A stretch of 64,000 nt of DNA from Heterodontus francisci. Taxonomy: Eukaryota. The DNA is taken from positions 127,253,594 through 127,317,593 of the forward strand of contig NC_090377.1 in NCBI RefSeq assembly GCF_036365525.1, given 5' to 3'. Position 1 is the stretch's first letter. Each line of letters opens with the position of its first letter. The notes under the pieces were generated by a model. It was not told the origin of the DNA. It made no database searches and worked only from the letters and a program-made list of their open reading frames with translations. The position numbers and the translations under genes are program-made. Of this stretch, positions 38,893 to 50,245 are shown one piece after another.

Positions 38893-39264
38893 TGTTAAAC
38901 AGATCCATGCCAAATGGCGAAGAATGAAGCTAAACACATATCCTTTTCTTGATAGTCAGTTTATTCACAGAATGTAGCATTACCTATCTCTGCCTCCTGC
39001 CTTTCTGCCCCCTGTTCCAGCAGGCTCTCTTTATATCTGCTCTAAGCCTTAATTAAACAATGCCCTTCACCTGTGTATCTTTAACAACATAAATAACCTA
39101 CCATTAACCACCAGATCAACTTAGCAGAAGGACTTGTTCCAGGAAGCTACATGTCTGCCACCACTTGGCGTGAGACCAGAGGCTCTTGAGACATTGGTGT
39201 TCAAATATATCGAGAAAACTATCCTCTTCCCATAGACCCTTTGTGCCCTGTGTCCCTTTGTATG

Positions 39265-39518
39265 TCTGATCTGTACTTTGGAGCTCTGATCTATCAGATC
39301 AGCATGGATGCCACTTATGCTCTGTTACTGTGGACCTGCAAGCTGCACCCTTCTGCTGATCCCCTCTCTGTTGAGGAGCTGCATGTCTGTGAGGAGCAAG
39401 TCATTGCTGCTGCTTCTGGTGCTGTTCATTTTGGTCCTCCATCTGAAGTCCAAAGTAACACAGTATAAGCAGCACCCTTGCTGATCTGATAGGTCAGCGC
39501 TCCAAAGTGCAGATCAGA
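39265..39518. repeat. Long imperfect inverted repeat
   Basis: The outer 40 bp pair with 3 mismatches (TCTGATCTGTACTTTGGAGCTCTGATCTATCAGATCAGCA versus its partner ending at 39518). Pairing extends imperfectly to about 73 bp. Confidence 0.85.
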
Positions 39519-40412
39519 AGTACAAACCTCCAAAATTGTCAAAATAACTTCCAAAGTTGTCCAATTTACCTCTCAGCACAGGTACTGTGAACCAAACCAT
39601 TTACACATGCAAGCAAGAAAGCACCTGTGAGGTTTCAGTACTTACTGGCATATTTCACTGTCATTTCTTCAGCTCCCTCAATTGCCACTGTGTTCTCACT
39701 TGACTTTTACTGGTAAGTTCCAGGAAGCCTGGGAAACCCATGGACCCACAGTTAAATTGCAAAAACTATGTTAATATTGCTGTAATTGACCACTTAACAT
39801 ATTGAAATTGACAACCTGTCTCCCCTGAGGGGGTTTCTCATGCACAGGTTAGCGCACTGCAGTTAAATGTGGAAGTCGCTGGGTTGGACATCGCTCCTAT
39901 ACATTAAAATTCAGCCCATAGTCACTTGCAGATCAAAATCCCTATTCCGCTATAGTTCTGCTATATAGAGATCACTGATATTCAAAGCCCAATATCTTTA
40001 TTTCTGTGCTTTTACATTTGGGTAGAGGATACATAATAAAGAGAAATCTTTTATTACTTCTGGTTCTGAATATAGCAGAAATAATTTAGAAATACACATT
40101 TCATATGGTCTATATTTTTATAAATTTAGTTTTTATCTATTCCTCTTTGCATTATACATTATTGTTCATATCAGATAGAAAAACAGTTTTTCTAATGTAT
40201 TAAAATGCTTGTTTTCCATCTCACTGTTTGTTTTAGACCTTTAGGAGCACTTTTAGCGTGCGGTTTTACCACCACGTCTGCATCACTGTGAAACAGCATC
40301 TGCTTTTCTGTGGTGCAACGATCGCAATATAACTCCTGAATCAGATTTCATCTGACCTTGGAGCAAAGTGGTGCAAGATCCCCTCTAACAGGCAGTTTCA
40401 CAGCACTTGGGG

Positions 40413-40452
40413 CTTGATACCACATTAAATATAATTCTAATGTGGTATCAAG
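40413..40452. repeat. Perfect 15-bp inverted repeat with 10-nt loop
   Basis: CTTGATACCACATTA-AATATAATTC-TAATGTGGTATCAAG. Confidence 0.9.
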
Positions 40453-41524
40453 TCTGAATGCTCCTGCTTGTGCCCTCAAAGTATTTAAAATGCAACACAC
40501 AGATGCAGAGCTCTTCACACAGATATAAACACACATGTGTTGAGCTCTCTCCGGTCTTCAGAAATCAATTCAGAGCCACTCACACATAGGTGTATTTATA
40601 TCAGGTTAGAATAATTCCATAACTATCAGCTTAAGATGCATAGCTACAATACAAGTGCAGCTTTACACTGCATCAAAAATATAACTAGATCTTGTTGCAA
40701 AACTTTATATTACAAGTGCTGAAATGGACTACATTTTCTGTTTGTTCATTGAGATTGTAAATGGGAAAAAGATTTGCTCTGTAGAGAGAAATGTTTCAAA
40801 TTAGTCCTTACTTCACACTGTCATTCTCATAGTGTTATTACATCCTCAGATATATGACCAATTTAGCTATATACAAGTAACTGATGTCTGTGACTCAGAC
40901 TTCAGAAAGTGCTTAGCAGCAGAGCTAAAGCTGCAGTAGAAACACATCAAAATATTATGCAGAACAGTATCTTCAAACTACTGTGTTCTCAAATCGCAAC
41001 ACAGAAGTCAGTAAAACTCGATTTCATAGTGACCGTAATCATCTCAGACCATGACTCCTTGAGCAAGTTCCCATCTAGAGAGTAAAAAAATTATGTAAAA
41101 TCTTACACATGATGGTTACCATTTGATTAAAATAGGTTGATCAGATACGTGCTTTCGGAGATGGTTTGATTACAAAATGGATCCATTTTTAGGTCACCAT
41201 TCACTCATGGTCACCCACATTTTGCTGAGGACTGAAAACTACAGATAAAACCAGTTTTTATGGCAATGTTCCTGATGAGTCAGCAGAAGTAATCAAATCA
41301 CAGCATGATTAGGGTGGATGTACTTTAGTTGCTTTTAAACTTCTAACACTAGTTCATTATTCTTATTTTCAAAACAGAACAATGTTAAAAACACAGTATA
41401 AAAGCACTACTTACCAATGAGCAAACCAATTATGAATGAGCAAGTTACTGACTGTGGTTAAAAAGCCAACAGTGTCAGTCACATTAAATCATCTCATCGC
41501 ACTACAAACTGATTTTGATTCAAT

Positions 41525-42198
41525 GGGCAGGATTTGGGGTTTTGGGTCAAGACCCCGATATCGGGGTCAAATGTAGGTCACAACCCCGCACCGTGTGGGG
41601 AAACAGTCACGTGGCAATGATTCCCCTAATTGGCCAATTGATGGCCAGAGGGCTGGATTGCCATCATGGGCTCTCAAAGCTGGTGGTCCAATAGGAGGCC
41701 CTCCAGCTCAGAAGGAGCAGCAGCCTGCAGTTCAGGTAAGAGAGAGAGAGAGGGCACTCCATCTTGAAGGCTCTCTCTTCAACATTTTAAACTTTTAAGT
41801 GAAAAGATTCTGTCAGCAGCCGGGCCAGGAAGGGAAACCCCTCCACAGGGCAGCCTGCAGCTGTGGCCAGGAAGGTGAGGAGGGCCTCAAAGCTTGCTTG
41901 GAGCACTGGTCCCCCAATCTCCCGCCGGGAAGCTGCCTCCAGGCAGGTGGTCTAGTCCCTGATGACTCTGGGGGCTGTCAGGCTGATTGCCAAATTCCAG
42001 TCAAGCCTCTGACAATAGGCCTTAACAGGTCATTTGCCCACTTTAATTGGTTACCCACTGCTTGCAGGCGAGTAGCTCTGCTGACCCCTCTCCCACCTTC
42101 GAGAAAATGGCCTGGGGGTGGGATGGTGTCGGCAAATTGGCATGCTAACTGGTAGCGCAAATTTCCACGCCCACGCGCCTCTGTTCTAAATTCAGCCC
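41525..42198. mobile_element. Harbinger-type MITE
   Basis: TIRs GGGCAGGATTT / AAATTCAGCCC around a GC-rich island in AT-rich DNA. Confidence 0.7.
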
Positions 42199-42809
42199 GA
42201 TGAGTCAGATCAGGATAAAAGAAAATGCATTTGAGCTTGTGCAAATACCCAGCTAATTGGGTTAATTGGACATTTTTCAATACCAGAATAAAAGCCTTCA
42301 TTCTGTGATAATATATCCATTATCAAGGTTAAAATCCAGGAATTCCTGACTAAGCTGCATTGTAGGAGCACCATCAGTATAAGGACTGTAGTGCTTCAAT
42401 AAGAAGGTCTACCACATTCTTCAGTGGGAAACTAGGAACAGGCAATAAATGCAGCTTTGCCCACATCCCCAACAATCTGAAAACAAACTATAAAGAAAAT
42501 TAATTGGCTGGAGGAAGCAGCCTTGAAAACATGTTTAAGAGCACTAAAATTTGTAACAAAAAATCGCTCCAAGAGACATAAGTTGGTACGCTACTTTGTA
42601 TATGGTGACTGAACTTTCAAAGAATGAAAGCAGATAATGCTCCTTTAACTTTTTCTAAAATAAACTGCATTAGTTCCTGGTTCAGGGAATAAAGGAATGA
42701 GTGTAAACTGAGATTATCTCCCGGGGTTGTCCCTTATGCAGGGCAACCATTCAGAGCCGAATGGAGGTTTGGAGATAGATAGATAATTGATTATCTATGG
42801 ATACAACAT

Positions 42810-44460
42810 CTACAACAACAGCTTATATTCATATAGAATTTTAATGTAATGAAACATCCCAAGGTGCTTCTCGGGAGCATTATAAAACAAAATATGACAA
42901 ACCGAGCCACATAAGGAGAAATTAGGTGAGATGACCTAAAGCTTGGTCAAAGAGTTAGGCTTTAAGGTGTGTCTTAAAGGAGGAAAGCAAGCTTGAGAGA
43001 TGGAGAGGTGTAGGGTGGGAATTCCAGAGTTTAGGGCCTAGGCATGCCCAACAATGGTGGAGCGATTAAAATCAGGGATGCTCAAGGGGCTAGAATTAGA
43101 GGAACATAGATATATCAGAGGGTTGTGAGGCTGGAGGAGATTACAGTGTTTGGGAGAGTGAGAACAAGGATGAGAATTTTAAAATCAAGACGGCTTGACT
43201 GCAAACCAGCATATGTCAGCGAGCACAGCGGTGATAAGGGAACGGGACTTGAGGCAAGTTAGGACATGTGCAGTAGAGTTTTGGATGACCTCAAGTTTAG
43301 ATGGTAGAATATGGGAAACCAGCCAGGTGTACATTAGAATACTCGAGTCTAGAGGAAACAAAGGCATGAATGAGGGTTTCAGCAGCAGATAAGCTGAGGC
43401 AGGGGCAGTTGGGCAATGTTACAGAGGTGAAAAAAGGCTGTCTTAGCGATGGTGTGAATATGTGGTCAGAAATTCATCTCGGGGTCGAATATGACACTAA
43501 GGTTACGAACAGCTTGGTTTAGTCTCAGACAGTTGTTGGGGAGAGGCATGCAATTGGTAGCTAGGGAACGGATTTTGGAGCAGGGACTGAAAACAATGGC
43601 TTCAGTCTTCCCAATATTTAATTGGGGGAAATTTCTGCTTATTAAGTACTGGATGTTGGATAAACAGTCTGATAATTTAGCAACAGTGGAGGAGTCGAGA
43701 AGTGGTGGTGAGGTAAAGCTGGAATGTTGTCAGCATACGTATGAAAACTAATGTGCTTTCGGATGATGCCGCAAAGGGGCAGCATGTAGATGAGAAATAG
43801 GAGGGATGGGCAACGATAGATCCCTGGGGAACATCAGAGGTAATGGTGTGGGAGCAGAAAGAGAAGCCATTGCAAATGATTCTCTGGAGATGATTAGATA
43901 GATAAGCATGGAAAAAGGCGAGTCCAGTCCCACGCAGCTAGATGGCAGTGGAGAGCTGTTGGAGGAGAATGGGTGTGGTCAACTGTGTCAGGTAGACAGG
44001 TTGAGAAGGATGAGGAGGGATAGTTTATCTTTGTCACAGTCACACAGAATGTCATTTGTGACTTTGATAAGAGATGTTTCAGTACTGTGGCAGTGGTGGA
44101 AACCTGATTGGAGGAAAAAGATGAGAACAGATTTGGGAGGCGACAACATGTTCAAGAACTTTGGAGAGGAAAGGGAGTTTGGAAATGGAGCAGTAGTTTG
44201 CAACACAGTAGCGGGTCAAGGGTAGGTTTTTTGAGGAGAGGGGTGATGATGGAAGATGTAAAGGAGAGAAGGACCACACCTGAAGAGAGAGAACCAACAG
44301 CTAACATGGGGAGCAGGAGGGGAGGTTGGGGGTCAACAGTTTAGTGGGAATAGGGTTGCGGGAGCAGGGGAGTCACATGGACAAGCTTGGAGGGGGCTTC
44401 GGGGGAGATAGCAGAGAAATTAGAGAAAGATGTGAGTTCAAGGCTATGGCAGGGGGGAAC
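42810..44460 (-). mobile_element. L2 LINE fragment
   Basis: LPFLSKVLEHVV, QSGFHHCHSTETSLIKVTNDIL..LLILLNLS and LEVIQNSTAHVLT; L2-type tail. Confidence 0.85.
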
Positions 44461-45104
44461 AGGGAGAATTTAAGTAAACCTTTTTAATTGGGAGATTAAA
44501 TAGCTAGGGTAAGATTCTACAATCGAACAGCGCTACATGATCTATGCCTGAAGCAAACTTGATGTGCAAAAGAGACTTTTCTCATTCCACACATATATTT
44601 TTAACTACAGCTATTATATTCAAGTTTGAATACATTGGTAGTAGGCTTCTGAGAACCTACATCTTTATTGCAACTTGATGCAAAGTAAGTTCAAAGTATT
44701 TCTAATTCTGAGCTGTCAACTGAAGATAGTACTGTCCAGTGAAAGCATGGTTACTGCTCGAGAATGTTGACTTGTAGATGGCCTCTAGAACACCACATTT
44801 GTCCAGAAAATGGGCTCTAAACTTCCTGGTGATTTCTGCACTTCAGGAATGTCAGGAACTAACACAAAGAATTATAATCCACTATCCAATTTGATAACGT
44901 GCTCAACCACAATCTAATTCCCCAAAACAAATAAATGTTTAGACTAAGATCCTCACCCTTATTTACATGAAAAGTACGGCACCCTGTGCACACTGACAAA
45001 AAATGACGCATTTGTGCCCATTGGGTAATATTTTATTCTTTTTTGGGTTACAGTGTACGTAATTTGGAGGGAATATATGTTGTCGTCCAACATGCCAAAG
45101 ACAT

Positions 45105-45227
45105 TAATATGCGGATGTTGGAAATCTGAAATAAAAACAGAAAGTGCTGGAATTACTCAGCAGGTCTGGCAGCGTCTGTGGAGAGAGAAATAGAGTTAAC
45201 GTTTCAGGTCTGACCTTTCATCAGAAT
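45105..45227 (-). mobile_element. Penelope-terminus-derived short element with hammerhead-like core
   Basis: CTGATGA-AAGGTCAGACCT-GAAACGTTAACT on the minus strand. Confidence 0.75.
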
Positions 45228-46080
45228 ATGCTTTCATAGTTTGTTGCTGTTGTGCAAAGGAATGCTTAATATGCCAGCATCTACTTCGTGCAGTCAATTA
45301 TGTCAAAGTGCTAATTTTTCAGCAGTGACAGATGATTAAAAGTTGTGGGAAAATATCTCATGTAATTGACATTATGTGAATCTTTTTAAAGTAATAGGTC
45401 TGACTACTAACTTTATCTGATATGAGGAAATAAAGTGTTCTTGTTCTTTATTGTGGGTTAACTTTAAAGGAACTTGTGTTGTATCTTGGCTGAAATGCAG
45501 CCACAGAGCATTCAGTCTATAAGTTTAAAGAGCTAATCAGAGGACACCACAGTAGTGTATTGCCATGAAGTAGCAACCTTGATCAAGGATTCATTCAATG
45601 CGAAGGGTTAGTTCAGCAGAGGTATTGTTGTTTGAATATTTGAAATCTTGAGCTGTGAGAGACCAGTAGAATGTGAAAGGCCAGAACAGTACAGAGTTTA
45701 GCCTTAGTGTAGGATAATGGACCCTGTGATAGGCTAAATAGTTTGGCATAAGCATAAAGCATGATGGGATAATTTACATATAATGTGAAGAACCAAGGGG
45801 TTTGTGTGCATAGTATAGAGAATTAGAGCAGGAATTTTAGGTCCCGATGGGGGCAGAAACAGCGGCGGGAGGCGCTAAAAACCAGCATGCCGTTTTCCTG
45901 TTGGCGTTCCTGCTGCCCTGATTTTCCTCAGGATGGAGCATGGTGGGACCAGGCAACCCGCCGAATTTGGAAATGAGGCTAATTAATGTCATTAACGAGC
46001 TTATTGTCAGCTCAATGAGAGACAGTTTCAGATTTTGGTGGGGGCGCATGCATTGCTTGCTAGATCAGGGACAGACTAGG

Positions 46081-46804
46081 TTTTTATTAATTCATTCATG
46101 AGATGTGGGCGTCGCTGGCCAGGCCAGCATTTATTGCCCATCACTAATTGCCCTTGAGAAGGTGGTGGTGAGCTGCCTTTTTGAACTGCCGCAGTCCATT
46201 TGGGGTTGGTATACCCACAGTGCTGTTAGGAAGGGAGTTCCAGGATATTGACCCAGCGACAGTGAAGGAACGGCGCTATAGTTCCAAGTCAGGATGGTGT
46301 GTGATTTAGAGGGGAACTTGCAGGTGGTGGTGTTCCCATGTATGTGCTGCCCTTGTCCTTCTAGTTGGTAGAGGTCGCGGGTTTGGAAGGTGCTGTCTAA
46401 GGAGCCTTGGTGCATTGCTGCAGTGCATCTTGTAGATGGTACACACTGCTGCCACTGTGCGTCAGTGGTGGAGGGAGTGAATGTTTGTAGATGGGGTGCC
46501 AATCAAGCGGGCTGCTTTGTCCTGGATGGTGTCGAGCTTCTTGAGTGTTGTTGGAGCTGCACCCATCCAGGGAAGTGGAGAGTATTCCATCACACTTCTG
46601 ACTTGTGCCTTGTAGATGGTGGACAGGCTTTGGGGAGTCAGGAGGTGAGTTACTCGCCTCAGGATTCCTAGCCTCTGACCTGCTCTTGTAGCCACGGTAT
46701 TTATATGGCTACTCCAGTTCAGTTTCTGGTCAATGGTAGCCCCTAGGATGTTGATAGTGGGGGATTCAGCGATGGTAATGCCATTGAATGTCAAGCGGAG
46801 ATGG
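46081..46804 (-). mobile_element. LINE family B 3' fragment nested in Harbinger
   Basis: GQRLGILRRVTHLLTPQSLSTIYKAQVRSVMEYS. Confidence 0.9.
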
Positions 46805-47099
46805 AGCATGGAGGCAGCAACACAGGGGGAAGCCAGTGATGGCCACACGATAATACTAGCTTGTTCCATAAAACGTGTGTTGAGGTTGCGGTGAGTGTGA
46901 TCTGTACATGCTCGGCAATGCCGGGGGGTCACGACCTTCCTGGTATGGTGGGGAAATAAGGGAGGGGGTAGGCTTCCAGACATCATTGGGAGTCCAGCTG
47001 AGTGTAAGGAAGGCAGCAGCTGGTGATGAGAACATGTTTCTCAGATCTTGGGTCCAGTAGCGAACAGGATCAACATCTTCAGCAGCAGAGACAGATCCC

Positions 47100-48195
47100 T
47101 AGGCATGAGGAGGGCAGAGGAGAGAGACGAAGGGCAGGAAGGCAACAGAGGTTATACCCTCAGCATAGGATCTACCACTGAAGGTGGAACTACCTGGACA
47201 TGTTGGAGAACCAGTGCTGCAGGAGACTGTGCCTATTCAGACAGACAGTCACAGCGAATTGTGCCCTCATTGCGGAAGACCTCACACCTTGCAGCAAAGC
47301 TTGCCATGCCCTGCCAGTAGCCATCAAAGTCACTGTGGCCTTGTACGTCTTCGCATCTGGCTCACTCGAGGATCAACTGCGGACCTTGGTGGCATCTCAC
47401 AAGTGGCTGCCCACTGCTGTATCTTGGAGGTCACTGATGCCCTATTTGCAAAAACTGGACATGACATACAATTTCAAACCAATGGGGCAGGCACAGAGTG
47501 CAGGGGATTTCATCTGCATTCGCTGGATTCCTCCAGGTGCAAGGCATCATCGATTGCACCCAAGTGGCCATCAAAACACAGAGTGCTTGGCTAGTTAGGC
47601 TTATCAACAGGAAGGGCTTCCACTCACTCAACATTCAGCTGGTATGCAACCACAAGAGCTTCCTGTATTTGTGTGCTTGCTTTCCTGGCAGCTTCCATGA
47701 CTCTTTCATTCTCCGGCAGTCCAGGGTGACACAGCTCTTCATTCCACCCCCTTAACTTCATGGATGGATTCTAAAGGACAAGGGCTGTCCCTTGAAGAGA
47801 TGGCGACTCACCCCTTTACAAAAGCCTGAGATAAAGCCACAGAGGCACTACAACTGAAGCCATCTGCTCACATGGACCGCCATTAAGCAGGCCATCGGTC
47901 TTCTGAAGATGCAGTTTGGTGCCTGAACCGGTCGGGTGGTGCCCTGCAGTACACTCCTGCAAGAGTCTCGCATTTTGCGGTAATCTGCTGCACTCTCCAT
48001 CACATGGTCCTTCAGAGAGGTGTGGACCTGGAAGCCTGTGAGGCACAGTCATTGGAGGAAGAGGAGGAGCACGAGGTGGAAGAGGAAGAGCAGATGGAGG
48101 AAGATGCAGAATACAAAGGTGTCCTGGAAGGTGCCGGGCCCAGCGCAGGACTTGAGGGTCTTGACAAGCTGCCGTCAACGTTAAGGATCATCTGA
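47100..48195 (+). pseudogene. Harbinger transposase, frameshifted
   Basis: LPVAIKVTVALYVFASGS, QVQGIIDCTQVAI, NRKGFHSLNIQLVC, FPGSFHDSFILRQS, DKGCPL and an acidic tail. Confidence 0.88.
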
Positions 48196-48499
48196 TCCAG
48201 GCACACTTCTAACCCAGGAGGACAGCATGCTCTGGAATTCACTTTGAGCTGCCTGTAAGAACGCTTCCGCTGAAGACGCAGCTTTGACTAGATCCATTCT
48301 TACTACCAATGAATGATGCAGATCTGTCCAGAAGTTTCAGTGTCCCCCTTCAATGAATCTTGCTTCCCTTTACCACCTCTTCCCTCTTTTCCAGTCTTAC
48401 CATTGAAGGATGGAAGTTCACAAGCCTGGTATCATGTGCTAATATTTACATCGTGTTTAAAAAGTGAAAAAGTGCACATTTCCAAGTGAGGCAAACCCC

Positions 48500-50245
48500 A
48501 GTGAACCACTCAGTGTTCTACCTGTGCAGTGGCTTCCGCTCTCAGCCACTCCCACATGGTGCTCCCCTTGTGGCCTTGAATGATGTGGAGGCAGCCTGCT
48601 TGCTTGTTTCTGCTTGCAGCTGAGATGCACATGGTGGCTATCATCAATATGGCATGCCAGTGGGGTGTGTTCTACCAGTGTCAATGAAGGGGCAACCACA
48701 GTCACTGGGCACTGCTACAAAAATGGTCCCTCAGTCAGAGGGGCCAAGGAGGCCGATGATGATGATGGCACCCTGTGTGGGGTGGCACCCTCATCCTCCT
48801 TGGTGACTGCCTCAGCCCGAGGCTGACACTCCAAATGTCTCTGCAAAATCAGTGCCACTGACCGGTCCATGTTACTGAGTGTAGCCTGCATTCTGTGCAT
48901 GTCAGTGTGCTGCTCCTGCATCCACTCCGAGCACTGCCACATAAGGCTCTCCATGAGACTGGCCACTCTCTCACTGGAGGAGCTCATTCACTCAAAGCCC
49001 TAAGCCATGGTGATACACATGAGCTGAATGGACTCCTCTATTCTCAGCCCATGACCCCTCACTGCCTTAGGGAACTCTGACATGTGGGTATACATCTCAT
49101 GCTGGTCAAATTGAGCCTACATCTTTGTGATTACCGAGGCTCTGCATCTGCACCCAGCTGAGCATGGCTGTGTCTGTCCTCCATCCTCCGAGGGAGACTG
49201 CCCACATTGCCTCTGCGACTCTCACCTCCTCCTGTTTACTTGTGACATACACTTCACCCATTCGCTAGAGCCTACCAATATAAGTGTATCTGCGCTGATG
49301 GAGTGTGTGTATCTTAAGATGTGATGGTGCTGGCTTTGCTGTCCCAGTTTCCTGCAAGTGCCCCAGTGCTGCTGCAGGACTCTGACAATCCCCCTCTACA
49401 TCAGAACCTGTGGGAGACACAAGGGAGCATGAGAGCTGAGGCTTTCCAATGCAGGTGGGTCTTTGGCATGCTGGCAGACGGGGAGGAGTGCACTCCATCC
49501 CCTTCATCTACAGATTGCAATATCCTTTTTCCCTCTCTGCCAGGAATGCCCATCTCTCCTTCCCCAACTTGTTACTGCAGGACAACCTGTGAGATTTCCA
49601 TAGCTCCCTCCTCCATGGCAGTCGTGATGTGGAGATGAGGCACTCCTCCTTCTGTCAGATCCCTTTCTCTGGTATTGTGAGCCCCTTTCTCCTGCAAGGA
49701 CAAAAGAGAAAGAGATAAGGCACTGTAGGCCTCTGTGATCAATGCCAGTGGCTCATATACATAAGAAGCTGCATGTACTAATGCTGGCAGATCCCTGACA
49801 GTGCTAGGATTCTGAGCCTTGCTGCCTGTTTAGTAAATACTTTGGGCACACATTACTTCCATGTTCAGGAGCACCATACTCCCTCAGGCTCTTCAACTGG
49901 AGTGTCTGCTGGAGGTTGAGTAACCAGAGGCCTGTCATGAGGATATAGCACTGCACTCACCTTGCCAGAGCAAAGAAGGTCATTGGACCTTTACTGGCAC
50001 TGAACCCAGCTCCTACGGACCACACCTCTGCTGCTGACGGTCTCAACCACCTCAATCCATGCCGGCATTGTTTGTGAGGGTGGCCTTTTCCTGCCACCAT
50101 CTGGAAAAAGGGCCTCCCTCCTCTCCCTCACTGCCTCCAGAAGGAATGAGCTCCAGGGGCAGCCCTGTCCTGAGTGCCAGCTCTCTGCCTCTCTTCCACG
50201 ATCCCTGGTGCTTGCATTTTCTTCAGCAAATGGCACCTCTTCAGT
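48500..50245 (-). pseudogene. Harbinger Myb/SANT-like DNA-binding gene remnant with GT-AG intron at 49692-49960
   Basis: LEAVRERREALFP..AWIEV..VSSRGVVRRSWVQC..NDL. Donor AAG/GTGAGT, acceptor TTGCAG/GAG. Confidence 0.75.

Larger units (their letters stand above)
29351..39109 (-). mobile_element. Full-length Ty1/Copia LTR retrotransposon (GalEa-like), inactivated, with nested LINEs
   Basis: Paired ~218-bp LTRs (29351-29568, 38893-39109), 5-bp TSD ACAAG/ACCAG, iMet PBS, PPT at about 29569-29588. Domain order is gag (38195-38494), PR (LDSGCTSTVCG, ~36290-36325), IN (H..FAH, CDTC, FLTDNG, ESPFSNGLYER), RT (YKAKVRLVAWGF, LNKCVYGL, MHIDDF), RH (AAETLA). Confidence 0.92.
28997..39917 (-). mobile_element. 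Harbinger remnant (transposase fragments 28997-29350 and 39110-39260; TIR at 39905-39917) split by a Copia insertion
   Basis: LPVAVKVTTTLNFFESGS and QVQGIINCT..NHKGFQSFNVQLV. Terminal TAAAATTCAGCCC. Confidence 0.75.
45826..50245. mobile_element. Degraded Harbinger transposon: transposase (+) and spliced Myb/SANT gene (-)
   Basis: Left TIR-like GAGCAGGAATTTT and two convergent genes. Right part disrupted by a CR1. Confidence 0.82.

Noticed and set aside
40200-40360. Possible coding exon after TTTTAG or on the minus strand
   Set aside because: All + frames stop early, and the open minus frame has no recognisable homology or clear splice pair.
47100-48195. Domesticated HARBI1 gene
   Set aside because: Multiple frameshifts and stops, in a transposon context with Myb partner and TIR.
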